Source of the DNA: an uncultured Candidatus Saccharibacteria bacterium
GTDB lineage: Bacteria; Patescibacteriota; Saccharimonadia; Saccharimonadales; UBA10212
Assembly: GCA_964442325.1 (NCBI GenBank)
Contig: CAYTYX010000001.1
Coordinates: 57,485-121,484, forward strand
Reading direction: 5' to 3'
Length of the DNA: 64,000 nt
Shown: positions 25,208-33,560 of the stretch, piece by piece
Layout of the letters: each line of letters starts with the position of its first letter
Position numbering within the stretch: position 1 is the stretch's first letter
Translations under genes and position numbers: made by a program
The notes under the pieces: model-generated
What the model was told of the DNA's origin: nothing
The model's input: only the letters and a program-made list of their open reading frames with translations
Database searches by the model: none

Positions 25208-26803
25208 ATGGCTAGACTACCAATACCCGATTCCGATGATGGCACCTGGGGAGATATATTAAACTCCTTTTTGCTGGTTGGTCATAGCACCGATGGCTCA
25301 CTCAAGAACGCCGAAACTCCAGCAGGTGCACAAGCTAAAGCTGACGTCGCCCAAAGCGCCGCCGAAGCAGCCTCTATCCCAACCACCGCCCTAGACACCG
25401 ACACTACCCTAGCTGCCAATAGTGATAGCCGAGTTTCTTCGCAAAAGGCCGTAAAGTCATACGCGGATGCGCTTGGCGATTCGATTCCCTCCGTGGGGAA
25501 GACGTATCCGCTTGACGCAGATAATAATATGGGAATCGGCGACCAGCTTGCATTTCTGCAGATTGGTGCCACAGGCACCGGACAAACGCGCGTAACTTCT
25601 AGAAACATCGCATTAGGTTCGCTTGCAGGTGATTCATGGACAACCGATACCGAAGAGACCGCGGTTGGCTATCAGGCGATGCAGCATATGCAAAACGGTC
25701 GTGCCAATACCGCGCTCGGGCAGGGTGCGATGCAAAACGCGACTGGTGGCGATCGCAACGTTGCTGTTGGCACCGGGACGCTCAATTCACTCACCGGTGG
25801 TCTGTTCCCGGGCACGACCAACGGAACGTTCAACACCGCTGTAGGCGATGCCGCCTGCACGAGTCTGACAACTGGGTACTCCAACGTTTCGGTTGGTAGT
25901 GCGTCGATGTCGGCCGCTACGACCGGTTACCATAACACAGCCGTTGGCGAATCGGCCCTGACGGCACTGACGAACGGATTTGAGAACGTAGCGATTGGCA
26001 GCAGTGCTCTCAGCCATGCGACTGCGGACGCAGATCTTGTGGCAGTTGGTCCTTTCGCGATGCAGAACACGAACGGAGGTGCGGGAGGCGTCGCGGTCGG
26101 TTATTCAGCAATGAACGCCAACACCACTGGCTCAGACAACACCGCCGTTGGCTCTAACTCGCTGCACGCCAACCAAACTGGGACGCAGAACACCGCACTT
26201 GGTTCAAACGCACTAGCCTCATCCACTGCAGGTGGCAGCACAGCAGTCGGCTACAAGGCACTTAACTCGTCCGTAACTGGGCTGCACAACGTTGCCGTCG
26301 GTAACGCTGCGGCCAAGAACCTAACCACAAGCGATAACACGGCGATTGGCTTCAATGCGCAGAACGCAAACACTACGGGCGCGCAGACAGTCGCAATCGG
26401 CAGCAGTGCGCTTTTGAATCATAGTGGTGGTGATGGCAACGTCGGTGTTGGTTACCAGGCTGGAAACGCGATTACAGCGGGTGCATTCAATACAATTATG
26501 GGCCGCAATGCCGGCAACACCGGCTCGTCGAATGCATCCAATATGACGCTCCTGGGCTACACAACTGTAGGTGGCGGTAACTACGCAACCGCTGTTGGCA
26601 GTAGTGCTTCGGCTGGCGCCGCTGGCGCGGTTGCCATTGGCACCGACCATACCGGGGCTGGTGCCAGCGCCGGAACACAAGACTACTTCGTGCTCGGAAC
26701 CGCCAACCATAAACTGTTCATACCCGGTCTGCCGACAGCTAACCCGCACGTTGTCGGACAGTTGTGGTTGAACGCCGGCGTTCTGAATGTGAGTGCAGGC
26801 TAA
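25208..26803 (+). CDS. tail-fibre-like paralog 2 (constant N-module plus YadA-head/Hep_Hag-like repeat body)
   Basis: 531 aa with the same N-module and a DTDTTLAANSDSRVSSQKAVKSYAD motif. About 20 degenerate NTA(V/I)G..A(L/M)...T.G repeats follow. C-terminus is HVVGQLWLNAGVLNVSAG. Confidence 0.75.
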   Translation: MARLPIPDSDDGTWGDILNSFLLVGHSTDGSLKNAETPAGAQAKADVAQSAAEAASIPTTALDTDTTLAANSDSRVSSQKAVKSYADALGDSIPSVGKTYPLDADNNMGIGDQLAFLQIGATGTGQTRVTSRNIALGSLAGDSWTTDTEETAVGYQAMQHMQNGRANTALGQGAMQNATGGDRNVAVGTGTLNSLTGGLFPGTTNGTFNTAVGDAACTSLTTGYSNVSVGSASMSAATTGYHNTAVGESALTALTNGFENVAIGSSALSHATADADLVAVGPFAMQNTNGGAGGVAVGYSAMNANTTGSDNTAVGSNSLHANQTGTQNTALGSNALASSTAGGSTAVGYKALNSSVTGLHNVAVGNAAAKNLTTSDNTAIGFNAQNANTTGAQTVAIGSSALLNHSGGDGNVGVGYQAGNAITAGAFNTIMGRNAGNTGSSNASNMTLLGYTTVGGGNYATAVGSSASAGAAGAVAIGTDHTGAGASAGTQDYFVLGTANHKLFIPGLPTANPHVVGQLWLNAGVLNVSAG

Positions 26804-27042
26804 TGAAGCGCCTACGTCTTGTTAAGGTGATTGTCCAACCAGTGTTTGTGCTCGACGATGGCAATACCATCACCGAGGTCGACCATTCGCCGGTTGTAAT
26901 CCCAGCCGCCGACTGGCCAACTTATAGCGGCGAACGCTTCCCGCGCGAAGTCAAAGAATGGCAAGAGCGCCTAGATGCCGAGACAAAGCCCGGCCAACCC
27001 CAAGACCTCTCTCCGCTAAAGGACGAGCCCAATAAAAAGTAA
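26803..27042 (+). CDS. small fibre-associated protein, single-domain member (candidate assembly chaperone)
   Basis: 79 aa; its ATG overlaps the paralog-2 stop (TAATG). LVKVIVQPVFVLDDGNTITEVDHSPVVIPAADWPTYSGERFP aligns by eye with the PYKFIV...FP domains at 28844-29245. Confidence 0.55.
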   Translation: MKRLRLVKVIVQPVFVLDDGNTITEVDHSPVVIPAADWPTYSGERFPREVKEWQERLDAETKPGQPQDLSPLKDEPNKK

Positions 27043-27074
27043 ATAAACTAGTCTTAAACCTCACCTCAATCTCT

Positions 27075-27082
27075 TGTATAAT
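27075..27082 (+). promoter_or_regulatory. TG-TATAAT promoter -10 element of paralog 3
   Basis: The cctcaatctcttgtataat context is shared with 22727-22748. The leader diverges and contains a ccttaagcttttaagg hairpin. Confidence 0.5.
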
Positions 27083-27134
27083 AGCCTTAAGCTTTTAAGG
27101 AGTGGCTAGGAGCTTTTGATAAAGATAAACACAT

Positions 27135-28847
27135 ATGGCTAGACTACCAATACCTGGAGGAGATGACGGCACATGGGGAGATATATTAAACTCTTTCCTG
27201 GTTGTCTCTCATAATACTGACGGAACTCTAAAGAGCAATTCACTGAGCTTCCCGGGTGACGCCACGATTACCTCCGATTCGGATGCATCTGGTGCCGGCG
27301 ATATCATCCTTAAAACCGCTACCACCGAACGTCTCCGCTTTAATACAGCCGGGTCGATGCTGTGGAAGAACCAAGTTCTAGTCACCCGAACCTTTCAGTC
27401 GCTGCCAAGCGCAGATATCCCCGCCGGCACCAACGTCTTAGAAATCGACGAGTATGGAAACGTGCTTTTTGGCCCTAATGACTTCCTTTTTACGCGTCAA
27501 GGCAACATCTTCCAACTGGGATCCATCGCTGACTTTATGTATCACCAGGAGACGCGGCGTATTTATACTCGTTCTGCCGCCTTCGTCGAGTTCGGCGATC
27601 CGCCGGATGTAATTATCGCTCGTGCTGGACCCGACAATATATATCCGGGCGTTGCTGGCGGCCTAGCTGGTATCCCTAGCGGCACGACCTTAGGTGTAAT
27701 CCGCTGGCAGGGCTCGTTTACACCGCAAGGTGGTACGGTCGGTGTGACGCAAGGCGGTGCGTTCCATAACGACAGCGCCCAGATATACGCCAAGGCCGCC
27801 GAGGACAATAACTTCAATGGCGGCACGTCTTATAGTCAGGGTGGTGAGCTGCATTTCGCAACAACCCCAAATGGCACAGCCACGCCCGTCGATGCGCTGG
27901 TCATCTCGAGCGACCAAACGGTGACCGCGAAGAAGGCTCTCACCGTCGCGGGACTGACTGGGGCGACCGCAACGTCCCGGTTGACTGGCGCGACGACGTC
28001 CGGTCCTCCGACAACTGGAACCTTCGCGGTCGGCGACACCGTGATCGACCGGTCGGGGTCGCTGTGGATTTGCGTAGGCGCTGGTACACCCGGCACCTGG
28101 AAACAAGTCGGGGGCACGTTCCCTGGCGGAGCGCCTGGACTCAAAAATGCCAAGTATGTGCCAATCTTTGGCTCTAACCTTGGTACTGGTGACCACGATC
28201 TCTACACTGTTCCGGTAGGCCGCCAGGCTCTCGTCGATCGTAACCTGGTCGCTTACAACATCGCCGGGTCGGGCGGAAACATCGTCTGCTACTCAGAGAT
28301 CAAGGTCGGTGGTGTTTACTACCGCGTCAGTCCGAACGTCACCATCGCGGATGGTGCCGGTGGGTCACCCGGAATGGCAGTGCATATGGTTCTCGCCGCA
28401 GGAGAAAAGTTTGCTGCCAACACCGCGACCACGGCCGGACTCAATGTGCGAGGCGGCGTCTGGGAATTCGACGCTGACGACACGAGGGTTTTCACGGCAC
28501 GCATCCTCGGGCTCGCGTCTGGAGACAATCTCCTCTACACCGTCCCTGCTGGCAAGTCGGTCGTGTTCCTTCAGGGCGCCGAGTTCGTCCCCTCGATGAC
28601 TGCCCAGATTCAGATCGTGAACAACACGGGCGGCTCGCTCAACTACTACGCGAACGCAGTGCCCTCAGGCGGCACAGTCGGCCCAACCAACCGCTGCTTT
28701 TCAGCAGTCGCGGTCGGCGACAAAGCGCTCGGCCAGATCTTCGGCGCACAACCGCTATCGCCGGGCGATTTCATCAGTGTCAACGCATCGGGTCCCGACG
28801 CGGGCGGCCACCACATCGCATGGGTTACCGGATATCAACTTCCATGA
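27135..28847 (+). CDS. tail-fibre-like paralog 3 (constant N-module, shared shaft, unique distal domain)
   Basis: 570 aa. The first ~245 aa are roughly nine-in-ten identical to paralog 4 by eye. Contains FAVGDTVIDRSGSLWICVGAGTPGTWKQVG, then a unique C-terminal ~230 aa. Confidence 0.75.
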   Translation: MARLPIPGGDDGTWGDILNSFLVVSHNTDGTLKSNSLSFPGDATITSDSDASGAGDIILKTATTERLRFNTAGSMLWKNQVLVTRTFQSLPSADIPAGTNVLEIDEYGNVLFGPNDFLFTRQGNIFQLGSIADFMYHQETRRIYTRSAAFVEFGDPPDVIIARAGPDNIYPGVAGGLAGIPSGTTLGVIRWQGSFTPQGGTVGVTQGGAFHNDSAQIYAKAAEDNNFNGGTSYSQGGELHFATTPNGTATPVDALVISSDQTVTAKKALTVAGLTGATATSRLTGATTSGPPTTGTFAVGDTVIDRSGSLWICVGAGTPGTWKQVGGTFPGGAPGLKNAKYVPIFGSNLGTGDHDLYTVPVGRQALVDRNLVAYNIAGSGGNIVCYSEIKVGGVYYRVSPNVTIADGAGGSPGMAVHMVLAAGEKFAANTATTAGLNVRGGVWEFDADDTRVFTARILGLASGDNLLYTVPAGKSVVFLQGAEFVPSMTAQIQIVNNTGGSLNYYANAVPSGGTVGPTNRCFSAVAVGDKALGQIFGAQPLSPGDFISVNASGPDAGGHHIAWVTGYQLP

Positions 28848-29245
28848 TAGAAAAAGAAGAAATTATGCCAAATACCCTATTTCCCTACAAATTCATCGTT
28901 CAAGCTGTTGTCCAGCAACTATCAAAAGATGGCCAAGTTCTGGGCGAAGTATCTTCCGAGCCGGTCCAGCTTTTTAGCACAGATCAACTGGCGGCGTGGG
29001 CCTCCAACTTCCCAGATTCCTTGGCTGATCTAAAAGAGGCTCAGACTACCGGTACAAAACTAGCACCGTATAAATTTATTGTTGAGGCAGTCGTTCAAGA
29101 AAAGGGTAAGGGTGGAAAAGTCATTGCTGAGCACAACTCGCAGCCAGCCACTCTTTTTGGATGTGATAACTTGGCTGCTTGGGCAAAAGAATTCCCAGAC
29201 AGACTAAGTAAAGCCGTAGCTCAAGAAAAATCTAAAGCTAAATAA
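28844..29245 (+). CDS. small fibre-associated protein, tandem two-domain member (candidate assembly chaperone)
   Basis: 133 aa; its ATG overlaps the paralog-3 stop (ATGA). Two repeats: PYKFIVQAVVQQLSKDGQVLGEVSSEPVQLFSTDQLAAWASNFPD and PYKFIVEAVVQEKGKGGKVIAEHNSQPATLFGCDNLAAWAKEFPD. Its stop lies 2 nt before the paralog-4 ATG. Confidence 0.6.
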   Translation: MIEKEEIMPNTLFPYKFIVQAVVQQLSKDGQVLGEVSSEPVQLFSTDQLAAWASNFPDSLADLKEAQTTGTKLAPYKFIVEAVVQEKGKGGKVIAEHNSQPATLFGCDNLAAWAKEFPDRLSKAVAQEKSKAK

Positions 29246-29247
29246 CA

Positions 29248-30807
29248 ATGGCCCGTCTACCAATACCTGGCTCTGATGACGGCACTTGGGGAGATATCCT
29301 TAACTCCTTCCTGGTTGTTGCCCATAATACTGACGGAACTCTAAAGGGCAATTCGCTGACCTCTCCAGGTGATATTACGATTAGCTCCGACTCGGACGCA
29401 TCCGGCGCTGGCGATATCGTCCTTAAAACTGGCACCACCGAACGCCTTCGTTTTAATACGGATGGGTCAATGCTGTGGAAAAACCAAGTTCTAGTCACGC
29501 GAACCTTTCAGTCGAACCCGCGCGCGGATATCCCCGCCGGCACCAACGTCTTCGAAATCGACGAATATGGGAACGTCCTCTTTGGCCCTAATGACTTCCT
29601 TTTTACGCGTCAAGGCAACATCTTCCAGATGGGATCCATCGCCGACTTTATATATCACCAGGAGACCAGGCGCATCTACACACGCTCTGCCGCTTTCGTC
29701 GAGTTCGGCGATCCGCCGGATGTCATCATCGCTCGTGCTGGGCCGGATAATTCTTATCCCGGTGTCGCTGGCGGACCCGCCGGCATCCCCGGCGGCACGA
29801 ACTTAGGCGTGATCCGTTGGCAGGGCTCGTTTACACCGCAGGGTGGTACGCCAGACGTAACTCTTGGTGGCGCATTCTATAAAGACAGCGCGCAGATATA
29901 TGCCAAGGCCGCCGAGGACAATAAGTTCAACGGTGGCACGTCATACAGCCAAGGCGGTGAGCTTTATTTTGCAACTACTCGGAGCGGCACTTCTCAGTCT
30001 GTGGCCGGTTTAGCACTTTTAAACGATCAAACCTTGCAGATCCTTGGCCCGAGAGTTGTCTATAGCGGTGGAGATTTTGAGTTCTCGGGCACCCAACCAC
30101 AACTCCGCTTCGACGCTGTCACAGACTCGAGTCGCGCGATTGTGCTCTTCAAACTCGCCGGCGAGGCGCAGTCCCTCTTCGTGATGCGCATGAGCGGCGC
30201 TTTGGAATGGGGACCTGGTGGCAATACACCCTCAGACACATTCCTTGAAAGGGGAGCGGCCGGCCAGATGAAGGTCACCGGCGATCTGAACGTTACAGGC
30301 AATATTGGTGGTAGCCAGTACCGGCGTATCTCTGGCCTACCATCGACCTCGAACAACACCAACGCCGTGGTCAGCGCAGCAGATGTATATGGGATGCAAA
30401 CAAACGGCAACTTGAATACCCAGAGTGCTTCCGGTAACGTGCCAGCAATCTTCTATCTTAACCCAACCGACTTTGCGATTACTGGCAAAACGACAAAGAT
30501 GCGGCTAAGAATCGGGACACTCGTCAACGACACTGCTCCGGCCAACACAATGACCTGGGGACTTTACCCGGTGGGTAACCAAACAGGAGGTAGTGGTATC
30601 TTAAACCCCACCCTTGGTACTGTGGTGTCAGGGTCAACGGTCGCGCAGACGACCCCGGCAGCCAACGCCAAAATTACTCCTGTTTCGAGCAGTGACTTCA
30701 CTATGCCCTCGGCTGGCTTTTATATGATTGGGGCGGCGTCGAGCGGTGCGATGGCTGCCAACTCGAAGGTTGCAACGACCATCAGCCTCGAAGTCAGAAA
30801 TGTGTAG
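29248..30807 (+). CDS. tail-fibre-like paralog 4 (constant N-module, shared shaft, unique distal domain)
   Basis: 519 aa starting MARLPIPGSDDGTWGDILNSFLVVAHNTDGTLK. It has no promoter box of its own and is coupled to the preceding small gene. The C-terminal ~270 aa are unrelated to paralog 3. Confidence 0.75.
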   Translation: MARLPIPGSDDGTWGDILNSFLVVAHNTDGTLKGNSLTSPGDITISSDSDASGAGDIVLKTGTTERLRFNTDGSMLWKNQVLVTRTFQSNPRADIPAGTNVFEIDEYGNVLFGPNDFLFTRQGNIFQMGSIADFIYHQETRRIYTRSAAFVEFGDPPDVIIARAGPDNSYPGVAGGPAGIPGGTNLGVIRWQGSFTPQGGTPDVTLGGAFYKDSAQIYAKAAEDNKFNGGTSYSQGGELYFATTRSGTSQSVAGLALLNDQTLQILGPRVVYSGGDFEFSGTQPQLRFDAVTDSSRAIVLFKLAGEAQSLFVMRMSGALEWGPGGNTPSDTFLERGAAGQMKVTGDLNVTGNIGGSQYRRISGLPSTSNNTNAVVSAADVYGMQTNGNLNTQSASGNVPAIFYLNPTDFAITGKTTKMRLRIGTLVNDTAPANTMTWGLYPVGNQTGGSGILNPTLGTVVSGSTVAQTTPAANAKITPVSSSDFTMPSAGFYMIGAASSGAMAANSKVATTISLEVRNV

Positions 30808-30862
30808 GCGGGTCGCTTACTCCAGCGCTCGAATCCATCCTGTTCCTATTATCCTTCCCCTT

Positions 30863-30974
30863 AATCTCTTGTATAATAACCTCAAGCACTTAAAGTAGCG
30901 CAAGAGGGAGTTTTTAAAGACAAACAATGGCTAGACTGCCAATACCTGGTTCTGATGACGGCACCTGGGGAGAT
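30863..30974 (+). repeat. 112-nt block identical to 22734-22845
   Basis: See 22734-22845. Confidence 0.85.
30870..30877 (+). promoter_or_regulatory. TG-TATAAT promoter -10 element of paralog 5
   Basis: Lies within the 112-nt identical block. Confidence 0.5.
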
Positions 30975-32075
30975 GTATTAAACGCTTTTCTTAAAGTCGA
31001 ACATCACTCTGACGGCACTCAAAAAACCTTGTCTGTAAGTAAGGGTGGCACTGGTGCGACCAACTCTACTACCGCCAGAACCAATTTAGGGGCTATCAAT
31101 AAAGTAGCTGATGCGGCGGATGTCGCCATTACTTCGCCAGCCGACGGCGAGCCGCTTGCCTGGGATGAAGCAACCTCGAAGTTCACAAGTGGCCAGCCGA
31201 TCAAGCTGCGGAACTCTCTCGCCGTTGTCGCGGACCTGTCGCCCACTGGCGACATTTCGCCTGGGACGATCACTTTCCGGCATGACGCCTACGGCAATGC
31301 TTTCCTCGGCCCGAACGTCTACCTCCCGGCACCCGATAACTCCCTGAGCGCCGCCATCGTCATCGCGGACTTCTTCTACTCGCAACGGTTTCGACGTCTG
31401 TTCACGAGGTCAATCTGCGTCAGAGATCTCGGCGATCCCCCTGACCTCATAATCGGGCGCGCTGGTCCGGATGGCGGTTGGCCGGACAACGGAGGTCTAG
31501 GCCTAGCCGGTGTCATGAGCAACGACTCGCTCGGCAGTATCCGCTGGCAGGGATCTTTCCAGCCCAGCGGTGTAGGAATAGACACCGTTTCTGGCTTCCA
31601 GGGCGATAGCGCCACAATCTACGCGCGCGCTTCTGAGGACAACAGGCGCACTTCCGATAGCGTCTATCACCAGGGTGGTGAGCTGCATATCGCCACGACC
31701 CCGAACGGGACGTCTTCTCCGGTCGATCGACTCATCATCCAGAACGATGGAGTGTTCGATTTCCGGGGAAATAATATCAAGGTCGGATCGGCCGACTTCT
31801 CCGGAGCAGCTGAAGCCCATACGACGCTGCGGGTCGACGGCATACTAACCGCGGCGAGCGAGGTCGATGCGAACAGCGACATTAGGTTCGGAGAAGGATC
31901 CAACATCATCGTCGGCACGACAAGCGGCACAAGGATCGGCACATCAGCGACCCAGAAGCTCGGCTTCTTCGGCAAGTCGGCCATCGTGCAGCCGCTTCTT
32001 GCAACTGGGGCGGGCCACACCGTCGACGACGTCATCACAGTCCTCCAGAACCTCGGACTAGTGAGGCAGACATGA
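30927..32075 (+). CDS. tail-fibre-like paralog 5 (mosaic: paralog-1-like head, paralog-3/4-like shaft, short distal end)
   Basis: 382 aa. Residues 1-55 resemble paralog 1 (KVEHHSDGTQKTLSVSKGGTGATNSTTARTNLG). Residues ~100-275 are homologous to the paralog 3/4 shaft (GDPPDLIIGRAGPD...IRWQGSF...YHQGGELHIATTPNGT). C-terminus is QKLGFFGKSAIVQP...VLQNLGLVRQT. Confidence 0.75.
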   Translation: MARLPIPGSDDGTWGDVLNAFLKVEHHSDGTQKTLSVSKGGTGATNSTTARTNLGAINKVADAADVAITSPADGEPLAWDEATSKFTSGQPIKLRNSLAVVADLSPTGDISPGTITFRHDAYGNAFLGPNVYLPAPDNSLSAAIVIADFFYSQRFRRLFTRSICVRDLGDPPDLIIGRAGPDGGWPDNGGLGLAGVMSNDSLGSIRWQGSFQPSGVGIDTVSGFQGDSATIYARASEDNRRTSDSVYHQGGELHIATTPNGTSSPVDRLIIQNDGVFDFRGNNIKVGSADFSGAAEAHTTLRVDGILTAASEVDANSDIRFGEGSNIIVGTTSGTRIGTSATQKLGFFGKSAIVQPLLATGAGHTVDDVITVLQNLGLVRQT

Positions 32076-32194
32076 CCCTCCATCCCTACAAATTTATCGC
32101 CACGAACAATCGTAGGTGGCGTGACTGGCTCAAAGATTTGGATCAGACTCAACGGATCATGGAAGAGCGCGGCGGTCGCATGAAAAGCCTATGA
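32072..32194 (+). CDS. truncated or divergent member of the small fibre-associated family
   Basis: 40 aa; its ATG overlaps the paralog-5 stop (ATGA). It begins MTLHPYKFIA, matching the PYKFIV motif, then diverges. Below the ORF-track cutoff. Confidence 0.4.
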   Translation: MTLHPYKFIATNNRRWRDWLKDLDQTQRIMEERGGRMKSL

Positions 32195-32195
32195 G

Positions 32196-33560
32196 TTAAA
32201 ACAGTGACCAGATGGCGGCTAGGCCGGCTAGGGCCATCACGCCGGTAACACCCCAGCCCAAGGCTGTGGTTGAGCGCCGGTTGGTCCAGTCGCCCATAAT
32301 GTGCTTATTACTGCTAATCAAAACAATCAGAACCAAAACTATTGGCGCAACAATGCCATTGGCGATAGCGGCATAAATCAGCGCTTTAATTGGGTCTAGG
32401 CCAATAAAGTTTAGGCCTAAACCAACCAACATCGACACAATAATAGTGCCGTAAAAAGCGTGGGCCTGTTTGAACTTACGGTACAAACCTTCGCGTTGCT
32501 TAAAGCTTTCGGCCAAGGCATAAGAACTTGAACCGGCCAGTACCGGAATAGCCAGCAGGCCGGTGCCAATAATTCCAACCGCAAATAATAGGTAGGTCGC
32601 ATTACCGGCAAAAGGTCTAAGCGCTTCGGCGGCCTGAGCGGCCGATTTTATGTTAGTTATGCCGTGGGTAAACAGCAGAGCGCCGCAAGCGGCGATAATA
32701 AAGAACATCACCAGGTTAGACAAAAACATCCCACTCCAAACGTCAATTCGCATACTGCGAATATCTTTGTGCTTAGTAGCCTGGCGCAGCGGGATATTGG
32801 TTTTGCCTTGCAAAATTTCTTCTTCGACTTCTTGGGAAGTTTGCCAAAAAAACAGATACGGTGAGATAGTTGTACCTAAGATGCCACAAATCAGCAACAA
32901 CTGGTCTTTGCTGAAAGTAAGGTGAGGGATAACCGCATGCTTGGCTACATCACTCCAATTCAAGTGTGCCAGTAACGCCGAGGCGACATAGGCAAAAAGT
33001 ACCATCGCTAACCATTTAAGATATCTGGCGTAGCGGGCATAGGGAGTAAAAATTTGCAGCAGTGCGGTCAGCAAGCTAAAGCCAATTACCAGCATCGAAA
33101 AATCAAGACTAGGCCGCAGTAGCTGAACGCCTTTAGCCATGGCTCCTAAATCCGCGCCGATATTAAAGGCATTAGCCGCAAAAAGTAGCGTAGTACAAAG
33201 GTATAAAACTTTTTTAGAAAAATGGGTGCGGATTGTGCCGGCTAGCCCTCGGCCAGTCACTAGGCCGATGCGGGCGCACATTTCTTGCACAATCGCCATT
33301 AGCGGAAAAGTAAAAGCGGCCAGCCATAGCAAACCAAAGCCATACTGTGCGCCGGTTTGGGAGTAGGTGGCAATGCCGGACGGGTCGTCGTCGGATGCCC
33401 CGGTGGTTAGGCCGGGCCCAAGCATATGCCAGTAGTCACGGCCTTCTTTGACTACTTTTGACGGTGGTAAGTTTTGGCCAAGTTGTTCGCCAATGGCAAC
33501 TCCCTCGTCAATAACTTCACCCGGTACCTCGGCGATTCTACCCAGTAAATCCTTAGACAT
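32196..33560 (-). CDS. mntH: NRAMP-family divalent metal (Mn/Fe) transporter
   Basis: 454 aa, ~11 TM, with a GASDDDPSGIATYSQTGAQYGF motif equivalent to the NRAMP DPGN signature. Confidence 0.85.
   Translation of the reverse strand: MSKDLLGRIAEVPGEVIDEGVAIGEQLGQNLPPSKVVKEGRDYWHMLGPGLTTGASDDDPSGIATYSQTGAQYGFGLLWLAAFTFPLMAIVQEMCARIGLVTGRGLAGTIRTHFSKKVLYLCTTLLFAANAFNIGADLGAMAKGVQLLRPSLDFSMLVIGFSLLTALLQIFTPYARYARYLKWLAMVLFAYVASALLAHLNWSDVAKHAVIPHLTFSKDQLLLICGILGTTISPYLFFWQTSQEVEEEILQGKTNIPLRQATKHKDIRSMRIDVWSGMFLSNLVMFFIIAACGALLFTHGITNIKSAAQAAEALRPFAGNATYLLFAVGIIGTGLLAIPVLAGSSSYALAESFKQREGLYRKFKQAHAFYGTIIVSMLVGLGLNFIGLDPIKALIYAAIANGIVAPIVLVLIVLISSNKHIMGDWTNRRSTTALGWGVTGVMALAGLAAIWSLF

Noticed and set aside
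25600-26700. Tandem DNA repeat or contingency-locus behaviour in the repetitive paralog 2 body.
   Set aside because: The ~14-aa protein repeats are degenerate. At the DNA level I see no identical repeat units or homopolymer/SSR tracts that would slip.
22785-32152. Many 60-170-aa ORFs antisense to or out of frame within the fibre genes (for example 23416-23865 -, 26321-26749 -, 27690-28196 -, 31667-32152 -).
   Set aside because: They lie in the GC-rich distal modules, lack start contexts, and are fully embedded in long, internally consistent paralogous reading frames.
22397-32194. Diversity-generating retroelement (DGR) as an explanation for the variable fibre ends.
   Set aside because: No reverse transcriptase gene and no template/variable repeat pair with adenine-specific differences is visible. 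Differences between paralogs are whole-domain replacements, not localised hypermutation.
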